DNA of 64,000 nucleotides from Octopus vulgaris. Lineage: Eukaryota. Of the stretch, positions 53,585 to 64,000 are shown piece after piece. The stretch covers positions 8,432,001-8,496,000 of the forward strand of contig OX597826.1 in NCBI GenBank assembly GCA_951406725.2, written 5' to 3'. Both the position numbers and the translations under genes were made by a program. The notes under the pieces were generated by a model. It made no database searches and was not told the origin of the DNA. It saw only the letters and a program-made list of their open reading frames with translations. Each line of letters begins with the position of its first letter. The first letter of the stretch is position 1.

Positions 53585-53930
53585 CTCTTGAACCGAGGGG
53601 TGGAGGTGATGCTGGCGAAGAACTACCCGAACCAGGAAGACTTACCAAACAAGTTTAAGAGCCTGACTCTGCTTGATACAAAGTTAAAGATTCCGACAAA
53701 GGAGCGTGCCAAGAATACATTAGGAACTGGTTGTATTAGGATCTGGTTGTCTAAGATTTCGACGCAGGCTGCTGCGCGCTCGCTGTGCCAATGATCTGAG
53801 CTCACATCTCTTGTGAATGATCACGCTCGATCTGGGACAAACAAGTGTTTTGACTGAACATACGGTGGCCAGCCTCGGATACTATAGAGGGACGGTGAAT
53901 GATACGGGTTGCGTTGGTTTTGCTTCGATT
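53585..53930 (+). mobile_element. degraded L1/Tx1 reverse transcriptase (domains 1-3)
   Basis: RGVEVMLAKNYPNQEDLPNKFKSLTLLDTKLKIPTK..AK resembles G.ITLL.K....NFRPITLLN..LKIL.K.LA; DLGQT-KCFD resembles LDQ.KAFD. Confidence 0.65.
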
Positions 53931-54061
53931 CTGAGTACCGAAAAAGAGAGAGAATGGATTATTTCTTTTGTGGAAAATTCAGGTTGAAGTCTAAGGGAAA
54001 TTTCCAAAAGCCTTTGGCCCGACAATTATACAAGTAAAATAGCGTGTGGCTGTGTGGTATA

Positions 54062-55017
<956 letters not shown>

Positions 55018-55029
55018 GTGATGATCCTG

Positions 55030-55340
55030 TTTGAACGACCATGAAATGGATTTGTTTCGAATGTGCGCAAGACGAAGGGTCCGTCACGCATTCATTGTTC
55101 GTTAATTGTTAATGGGTGGGTCGACATCAAATACTGTGGAGATCGAACCACCTTTTAGCAAGGAAGAGCGTGTGGTCTTCCTTTGGCAGAAAAGTGGGGA
55201 AAGTTGTAATAAGGAGACAGTTGAACGGTTTGAGGAAAAAATCTTTTTTTCCTTCAAGCAAACATCTCATTGCTTTCTTCAAATTCCACCTCAAAAAGAG
55301 GGAGGCGGTCACTAAACGGTTACTTTCCAGTAAATTTAAT
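55030..55340 (+). mobile_element. degraded L1/Tx1 ORF2 C-terminal (CCHC) fragment
   Basis: CFECAQDEGSVTHSLFVNC, IEPPFSKEERVVFL, LIAFFKFHLKKR. Confidence 0.55.
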
Positions 55341-55480
55341 GTGTTTACATAGGCCTGCATTATCGAAGTGTCTTTAGGACAGTGCTTTAGTGTAAGAATT
55401 TGGATGTGGGGTTCCAATGTAAAGGATTCTTATATTGTTTGTTGGTCTGTACTTTTAGTGCTATATCTTATGTATATAAG

Positions 55481-55925
55481 GCGCGAGGGTGAGCTGCCAA
55501 AGTGGTTAATGCTCCGGGCATAATGCTTAAGTAATCCCTCGACTATCGCGGGTATGACGTTCCAAAATCCCCGCGATAGATGAAAATCCGCGAAGTAGAA
55601 ACAGTACTGTGTTGTATATTTTTTTTTAATTGTTTTTATAATTTCTATATGTTTGTTTTATTATAAATGCAAAACAGACATCATGGAGGAATCGACGTAA
55701 GCTTAAATAATAAACTGCGATAGGTGAACCGCGATATTGCGAGGGATTACTGTATTTCGTCCGTCTTTATGTTCTGAGTTCAAATTCCACCGAGGTCGAC
55801 ATTGCCTTTCGTCCTTTCAGGGTTGATAAAATAAGGGCTAGTTGAGCACTGGGGACTATTAAATGCACTAACCCACCCCATTCCCACGAAAACCATTTCA
55901 AGCTTTGTGCCTATAGTAAAAAGGA
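55481..55925 (+). mobile_element. family B SINE interrupted by a MITE
   Basis: Head ...taatgctta resumes as tatttcgtccgtctttatgttctgagttcaaattcc after the MITE. Confidence 0.75.
55530..55752. mobile_element. Tigger/pogo-like MITE
   Basis: Terminal repeats agtaatccctcgactatcgcgg / ccgcgatattgcgagggattactg, followed by TA. Confidence 0.85.
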
Positions 55926-56139
55926 TATATTTATATCTATATATAGTGTCACTTTTGTTATTAGTGATCATCGACATTTTACTCAGTGTGGATACTCCGG
56001 TTTCTTGTATTTTTGGCATTTCGGCTTTCTATTGTACTCAAAGATATGAACCCTTTAGACTCATACTAACAATGTCGAGACAGAGTCAGACGAAATACTT
56101 TATAGAATTTAATTCGGTTCTATATTATATGGATTTAAA

Positions 56140-56475
56140 TTCTGCTGAGTGAATTTATTGAAAGGTGGGTGAAGGTTGCGAAAAAAGCAAGAATGGATGG
56201 AACCTCTCTAAGTGTAGACCTGTGAGTCGGAGAGAAGGATTTGGAGAGGGCACTTGCTCATAGGGTTTCAGCGATGTATCGGAAGGTGGGGTTCCTCGAT
56301 TGTACCTAGAGGCGTTCCTGTATCGGGAGCGCGACATCTCTATCACCCTCCCCTGCATACTTTGTTTTTTTAATTATTTATTTATCATTTCATTATTATA
56401 TGTAAAACCCGACACTTTATGTCTGTCTCTGTATTGTCCCCCTCAACTTTCGCCGTCGTAGTAAATAAATGAAAG
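56140..56475 (+). mobile_element. L1/Tx1 ORF2 terminus plus 3' UTR
   Basis: LLSEFIERWVKVAKKARMDGTSLSVDL*, then a UTR ending aataaatgaaagc before (TTA)n. Confidence 0.55.
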
Positions 56476-56499
56476 CATTATTATTATTAGTAGTAGTAT

Positions 56500-56574
<75 letters not shown>

Positions 56575-56646
56575 CATTATTATCATTATTATTATTATTA
56601 GTAGTAGTAGTAGTAGTACTAGTGGTATTATTATTATTATTATTAT

Positions 56647-56684
<38 letters not shown>

Positions 56685-56740
56685 CTAGTAGTATCATTAT
56701 TATTATTATTATTCATTATTATTCATTATTATTATTATTA

Positions 56741-56795
<55 letters not shown>

Positions 56796-56821
56796 CATTA
56801 TTATTATTATTATCATTATTA

Positions 56822-56858
<37 letters not shown>

Positions 56859-56881
56859 CATTATTATTATTACTATTATTG

Positions 56882-56921
<40 letters not shown>

Positions 56922-57081
56922 CATTATATTATTATTATCATTATTATTATTATTATTATCATTATTATTATTATTATTATTATTATCATTATCATCATCA
57001 TCATCATCATTATTATTATTATTATTATTATTATCATTATTATTATTATTATTATTATCATTATCATCATCATCATCATCA

Positions 57082-57178
<97 letters not shown>

Positions 57179-57231
57179 TACTATTATTATTATTGTTATT
57201 ATTATTATTATTACTATAATTATTAATATTA

Positions 57232-57262
<31 letters not shown>

Positions 57263-57275
57263 TATTATCATTATA
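56476..57275. repeat. (TTA)n/(GTA)n/(TCA)n microsatellite
   Basis: Direct reading. Confidence 0.95.
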
Positions 57276-57506
57276 GTATTAAAAATACCATATTGAGATC
57301 ATAAATTCGTTGATCGTTAAACCATTCTACTATCACAACAGTGTTGATTGTTCAAACAACGATCATCATAGACGTATGTAGACACATCGAAGCAAGCACA
57401 CACATACATTCCTGTTCGCAATTCACACAAACACACACACACACACACACACACATCTGTACACACAAACACACACAAACACACGCACTCACATATGTAC
57501 ACACAT

Positions 57507-57578
<72 letters not shown>

Positions 57579-58100
57579 AAGCGCGCGTTGTGACACAACG
57601 CAACACTCGAATACAAATTACCCTAGTACACAAACATACGCATACCGCTACATCTGCAGACATCCGACCTAACAACAAACACAAACACGAGGATAATTCT
57701 ACAAAATTTGCATAAATACACTTCATACACATGACACACATAACTAATAGACCCATAAAATTATCATACTATTATATGAAATACCATGAAACTATATAAG
57801 CTTCGAAAAAGCAAAAAGAAGTAAAGAAAAATAAGCCAGCAGATCGCTACTGCTTTTCCATATTATCTTGTGTGTATTTGTTGTTTGGCATCTGTTCGTT
57901 TCTCATTATTTATTTATAATATGCATATATACATACATACATACATACATACATACATACATACAGACATACATTTGCGCACTTACCACTTTATACTGTT
58001 ATTCAATGGGCCTTTAAAATTTCATGATATTCAACACAAAACAAACATACCACCATAATGTGTGTGTACGCTTGTGTGCACATACATAAATATAAATATA

Positions 58101-58153
<53 letters not shown>

Positions 58154-58172
58154 TTGTGTGTGTACGTATGGA

Positions 58173-58222
<50 letters not shown>

Positions 58223-59219
58223 CACGTATACATATACACACACGCCTGTGTGTTTATACATAACACGCAAACAGACACACGCTCGCTCAAATTTTTATGT
58301 GTGCGTTTTTACAGCTTTTTGATCTTCTTGTCTATAGAAATGGTAAAAAAACTGAAAAAGAAAACAAACAACAAAACACACACAAATAAAAAGGAACGTA
58401 ACATACACTACAAAAAAAAAATAATAATAATAATAAACACTAAGAAGCAAAGGAAGAAGAAAAGGGAGAACGGAAACAAAAGATGAAGAAGAAAGGTGTA
58501 ATAAAGTTCTTTATGGTTGAATTTAAAGTCGGTTTAATGAGATTCCTCAGCAGACTAATAAATTAGTGACGTAATAACAAAGTCGCAACTATCTCACTTT
58601 TCTAACTACTACTACTTCTGCTGTTACAGCTACTACTACTACTACTACTACTACTAACACTGTTGCTGCCCTTACAGCTTCTAATAGTATAATTGTTCCT
58701 AATGCTTCTGCAGTTCTTACTCTCGTTATACCTCTCACCTTCACCAGTATAGCAGCCATCATCATCATCATTGTCAATATCTTTATTAAAGGATTATTGT
58801 CATCATTGTCGTCATCATCATTGTCGTCATCCATCACCATTGTTGTCATCATCATCATCATCATCATCAATATCATCATCACAATGGTCGTGATGATCCG
58901 CATATCATCATTTGTTACTGATCTTCGATAATGATATGGAAATTTAAAAAATATATATATTATGAGCATGCTTTACTAACCGTAAAATTGATTTAAGTTT
59001 TTACAGGAAACGGAAATGATACAATCCAAGCTTCGCCGAATGATTACTAAATTAACGGTTTCAAATCTTCCAGCAATGGCTAACAAAGTGTATGGGGTTG
59101 GGATCACATCAACCCCAGCGGTCAACTAGCATGTCTAGTCGGAAAGGATGAAAGATAAAGTTGTCCTCGACAGAATAAGACATCAGAACATAAAGATGTC
59201 GAAGGAATGGGGCTAAGGA

Positions 59220-59705
59220 GTGGCTTGTCTGGAAAGTTCGTACCGATTTTTAAAGGTCAATAAATATTTGCCATTACATTTTTAATCAATCAAATATGAG
59301 CCATTTTGTTGCACAATGCGTCTCCATCTTTCCTTTAACTTGAAAATACCTTCTTCCCAGAATTGAGGTGGTTTCATAGCAAAGAATTCATCAAGGCATC
59401 TTTTTACGTCATCCAAGGAATTGAAATTTTTACCATTAAGACTATTCTGTAGAGACCTGAATAAGTGGAAATCCGAAGGAGTAATATCTGGTGAATATGG
59501 AGGGTGGAGTAACACATCCCAGCCGAGCTGCAGCAATTTTTGTCTGGTTCCCAAAGCATCAAGTGCCGAAAATGAACTTTCTTATCTTCCATTTTAAAGG
59601 GTTACAGAATTAACACAGGTTATAGGAACATAAACCTTCTTCCATGAAAAGAAATCATAAACTGTGGTCTAAATGGAGGTGTAGTCAAATCCTATTTTAT
59701 GGACC
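59220..59705 (-). mobile_element. internally deleted mariner element
   Basis: MEDKKVHFRHLMLWE start fused to TRQKLLQLGWDVLLHPPYSPDITPSDFHLFRSL...NGSYLID*; terminal-repeat-like gcttgtctggaaagttcgtaccgatttt. Confidence 0.9.
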
Positions 59706-59741
<36 letters not shown>

Positions 59742-59950
59742 TTCCACTAAAGGTACAATGCCTAAAACGTTTGGGTGGGGTACTAGTCGATTACATCAAC
59801 CTCAGTGTTTCACTGGTACTTAATTTATCGACTCCGAAAGGATGAAAGGCAGAGTGGAACTCGGCGGAATTTGAACTCAGAACGTGAAGATGAACGAAAT
59901 ACTGCTAAGCATTTCGCCCGGCGTGTTAATGAATCTGCCACCTCGCCGCC
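59742..59950 (-). mobile_element. family B SINE monomer
   Basis: Reverse-complement head ggcggcgaggtggcag and Meta-like core. Confidence 0.85.
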
Positions 59951-59971
59951 TTAATCATCATAAAAGTAATG

Positions 59972-60643
59972 AGAAGAAGTAGAAGTAGAAGAAGAAGAAG
60001 AAGAAGAAGAAGAAGAAGAAGAGGAGGAGGAGAAGAAGACGAAGAAGAAGAAGAAGAAAAAGAAGAAGGAGAAGAAGTAGAAGAAGAAGAAGAAGAAGAA
60101 GAAGAAGAAGGAGAAGAAGAAGAAGAAGAAGAAGAAGAAGAAGAAGAAGAAGAAGAAGAAGAAGAAGAAGAAGAAGAAGAAGAAGAAGAAGAAGAAGAAG
60201 AAGAAGAAGAAGAAGAAGAGGAGGAGGAGAAGAAGACGAAGAAGAAGAAGAAGAAAAAGAAGAAGGAGAAGAAGAAGAAGAAGAAGAAGAAGAAGAAGAA
60301 GATGAAGAAGGAGAAGAGAAGAAGAAGAAGAAGAAGAAGAAGAAGAAGAAGAAGAAGAAGAAGAAGAAGAAGAAGAAGAAGAAGAGGAGGAGGAGAGAAG
60401 AAGAGAAGAAGAAGAAGAAGAAGAAGAAGAAGAAGAAGAAGAAGAAGAAGAAGAAGAAGAAGAAGAAGAAGAAGAAGAAGAAGAAGAAGAAGAAGAAGAA
60501 GAAGAAGAAGAAGAAGAAGAAGAAGAAGAAGAAGAAGAAGAAGAAGAAGAAGAAGAAGAAGAAGAAGAAGAAGAAGAAGAAGAAGAAGAAGAAGAAGAAG
60601 AAGAAGAAGAAGAAGAAGAAGAAGAAGAAGAAGAAGAAGAAGA
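59972..60643. repeat. ~670-bp (GAA)n tract
   Basis: Direct reading. Confidence 0.97.
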
Positions 60644-60644
60644 A

Positions 60645-61469
60645 TTGCTCAACAAGGGACTAAACAGTCAATTCCATGTAGCCACAACAGAAACTGATGG
60701 GAAAAAAATAGGTGGGATTGGCTGATGAAAGGAACACTGAAAAAAGGGTGACCGAGAGCACTATATTGGCAGCACAAGACCATGCTTTGGTCACGAACTG
60801 GAGAGTCAACCGTAGAAATGAGCAAGGGACTCTGCTGTGCCGCATCTGCAATAGAGAGGATGAAACCATAATCCATATCACGAACGAATAACCTAGACTT
60901 ACTCAAAACCCCTACAAAGTGTGGCCGCACGACCAGGTAGCGAAAATGCTCCATTGGAAGCTGTGCGAAAAGTGGGGGCTAGAGAGGGGTAAGACGTGGT
61001 ACGAGGACAAACGGCAGAGCGCGGAGGAATCTGAGGCTGACAAATTCCTCTGGGATTTCTGAATCCAAACAGATCAGGTGCTAAATCATAACAGACTGGA
61101 TCTAATGGTGGTCGACAAGATGCACATGTGCCATATAGTTGATGTTGCATGTCTCTTTGACCCATAAATAGTCAAGAAGGAAGGCGAAAATATAGATAGA
61201 TGCCACCCTCTTAAGTACGAAATAACCCAGATATGGAAATGAAGAAGGTGAAAATAGTGCCAACTATTGTTGGACCCTTGGGGACAGTATAAGGAGGCAT
61301 CAAGAGGAATATAAAAGAAATTGGAATAGAGTACCCAGTAGAACTGTTACAAAAGGTTTGCCTCCTTGGCACGGCCAGAATAATCAGGAAAGTATGGGAT
61401 GACTGAAAAGAGCGAATTGCATGGTACCGTAGGCGGCTGGTAGTAAGCCTGTTTCGCATGCAGTACTCC

Positions 61470-61470
<1 letters not shown>
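60645..61470 (+). mobile_element. 5'-truncated Dong/R4-like element, second subfamily
   Basis: TESTILAAQDHAL..CRICNREDETIIHI..HDQVAKMLHWKLC..LWDF..RLDLMVVD; ends into (TAA)n. Confidence 0.85.
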
Positions 61471-61515
<45 letters not shown>

Positions 61516-61566
61516 TTTTCAAATTTTTCCACAAGGGCAGCAATTTGAGAGGAGGGGATACAGTAA

Positions 61567-61961
61567 CATGTATCATACATCAAAATGAAGCTGGTCCTCT
61601 GTGGATCACATCCCTACCAACATAGTCACCGTTTCTCTCAATAGCAATGTTCCACTTTCGAATGAGAGTGTGTATCCTTGCTCCGTAAAATTCTGTTGAC
61701 TGTTCTTTGAGCCACTTCTTCACTACAGTTTTCTCTTCCTCGTCACTGGAATAATTTAACGCATTCAGACTATAATCTCTTCGACCCTATGAAAGAGGGT
61801 TTGAGAGGCAAACATTATTCCAGTGACGAGGAAGTGAAAACTGTAGTGAAGATGTAGCTCAGAGAACAGACAACAGAATTTTGATGTATGATACATGTCC
61901 CTGTGTTGGTAATTATACGTGCCCTAAACAAAATGGCATTACTTTTTGACTCACCCTCCTA
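61567..61961. mobile_element. two mariner 3' fragments in inverted orientation
   Basis: Minus: YSSDEEEKTVVKKWLKEQSTEFY..IRKWNIAIERNGDYV. Plus: SDYNLFDPMKEGLRGKHYSSDEEVK, ending in the terminal repeat ggcattactttttgactcaccctc. Confidence 0.8.
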
Positions 61962-63049
61962 TATTAATGACCCCAAACGAGGAAAAACAAAGTTTACCAA
62001 TGCAAGATTTGAACTCAGTACGTAAAGAGCTGTAGGGAATACTGCAAATCATTTTTCCCAGGCTGTAATGATTCTGACTTAAATAACTTCCAGTTTAGGC
62101 ACAAAATCAGTAATTTTGATGAGAAGGTATTCGTGCTTCTCCACATTAATCGTTGATCCTATCATCGCCTCACGTTTGTTTCGAAAACGAGCCAACCACA
62201 CCAACTTAAGTTTTTGTTGGTCACCGTTATGGTGACGTTGACCACATATGCCATCATGGTTTCCCAACGACCCAGTTCAAGCAGGATGCCTATTAACAAC
62301 TCCAGTTTTTGCGGCAAAACTCGAGAATCAGTACACAAATAAGAGATAGAAAGGCATCGCGTGAAATGAAATTACTGGTAGGGAGGCATTTAGCCTGATA
62401 CTGAATAGGTTCCATCTGTTACTGTTAAAGACTTACCAATCTGTTACTGTTAAAGACTTGCCAATCTTTAAAGTCTTAGTTCGCATGCCTTGGTCAGCCT
62501 AGCCTATCGAACGGTTTTTGTCCCTCAATGTCTAAGACGCTAAACACTAACTTCGACCTGTCTGGTTGATGAAACTTCTGCAAAAGAATAGAGTCTGGAA
62601 ACGAGTTTGTTGTTATCATTATTATTTATGGTGCCTTATGTCATAAATTCATTACAGTTTCTTGTAAATAAATGCATTCTGCTAAGGAAGTGTGTTTTCT
62701 TTCTTCTTATTTTTTCTCATGTCTGTAAAAACAGGTTTGTCTTCGTGAGAATGTTTTCTTTTCTTTTTTTAAATATGCAAGTTTTAAACGCTGCAGACAT
62801 TCACTTTGTTTACGAGTGATAGATGTGAAAAAAAAATTCTTTCGGAAATTAAAATGTTTTTCACCAAGCGAAACTTATTAAAACAAAATTAAATTTCCAC
62901 AGTTCTATTTTCGAATGCATCATTTAAAAAAGTATATTTTTCGTACACTAGTAATCCATAGTACGAGAGAATCGGAGGAAATACGTCCGAATATCTCATA
63001 GCAGATAGCATAAAAACAGTAGCAGCAACAACATTAATAATAATCTTTT

Positions 63050-63455
<406 letters not shown>

Positions 63456-63469
63456 ATTTCATCTGTCTG

Positions 63470-63760
63470 TTCACACGCAGGACTACCAAATCCCCATCTG
63501 GGTCCAGGAAGATGGCGCTTATCTTGGGATTCACACCTTTCCAGAACAATACCACAGTTCATTCCCTATTCCTGGTTGATATGGCGATAAGTAAATCTCG
63601 TGTATACTGACAATTAGAATGAAGGCTTGGCGGTTGGAAGGTCCGGTCTCACTGATAGCCACGGTGTCTATACTTAATGACCTTAGGCCAGTGTGTAGGT
63701 GGTCCTGTTTCCAGTGCAACCCCATGTCGCGTGTATTTATATTGTCTTTTTCTTTAATCA
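63470..63760 (-). mobile_element. L1/Tx1 ORF2 N-terminal APE endonuclease remnant (element probably continues to the window end)
   Basis: INTRDM..WKQDHL..LRSLSIDTVAISET...TVVLFWKG..KISAIFLDPDGDLVVLRV resembles APE motifs N.RG..K, D...I.ET and D..GR..V. Confidence 0.72.
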
Positions 63761-64000
63761 CCAGGATTCATTCTGGTGGTTTTTCCCAAACTGCTTTCCT
63801 AACTAAACGAATTTTCACCGTCGGAGACATCTGTGGTAGGGGCAAAAATATGTCTGCACAGTCGTGCATTTCTAAGCTGGGGGTCGGGTCGATTGGCGTA
63901 GGTGAGGCTTCTTTTGTGTGCGGTGGTGAAGCTTATATTTTTGTTTTTCTCGGGTGAGGTACCGGTGCTTGCTGCCGACGTTGTTAGGAAGTCGGGGACA

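Noticed and set aside
62414-62465. 25-bp tandem duplication atctgttactgttaaagactt(a/g)cca
   Set aside because: Ordinary slippage duplication.
62550-62612. Hammerhead-like TTGATGA...GAAAC
   Set aside because: The core C is missing and there is no convincing stem I or NUH site.

Overview
AT-rich eukaryotic (animal) genomic DNA. The repeat repertoire suggests an octopus (cephalopod); this is an inference. It includes tRNA-derived SINEs with an internal (TA)n(TG)n tract, Meta-domain SINEs, TAA-targeted Dong/R4 LINEs and very dense microsatellites. I found no intact host protein-coding gene or convincing exon, so the window looks intergenic or intronic, and nearly all listed ORFs are translated microsatellites. 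It is a layered graveyard of mobile elements: Dong/R4 non-LTR fragments with a restriction-like endonuclease (two subfamilies), L1/Tx1 ORF2 fragments, an RTE fragment, Penelope-like RT/GIY-YIG remnants, three mariner remnants, a Chapaev3-like transposase pseudogene, Tigger-like MITEs, a probable Helitron, a solo LTR and at least four SINE families. The most notable signals are: six minimal type-I hammerhead-ribozyme-like motifs in short Penelope-like/retrozyme-like repeats (two forming an inverted pair); multimeric Meta-SINEs with a recurring junction and an L1/Tx1-like tail; a LINE tail inserted in a SINE A-box; a degenerate 60-bp-period array; and a ~430-bp foldback with a perfect central palindrome. 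All family assignments come from recognising motifs by eye, not from database searches, and boundaries of degraded elements are approximate.
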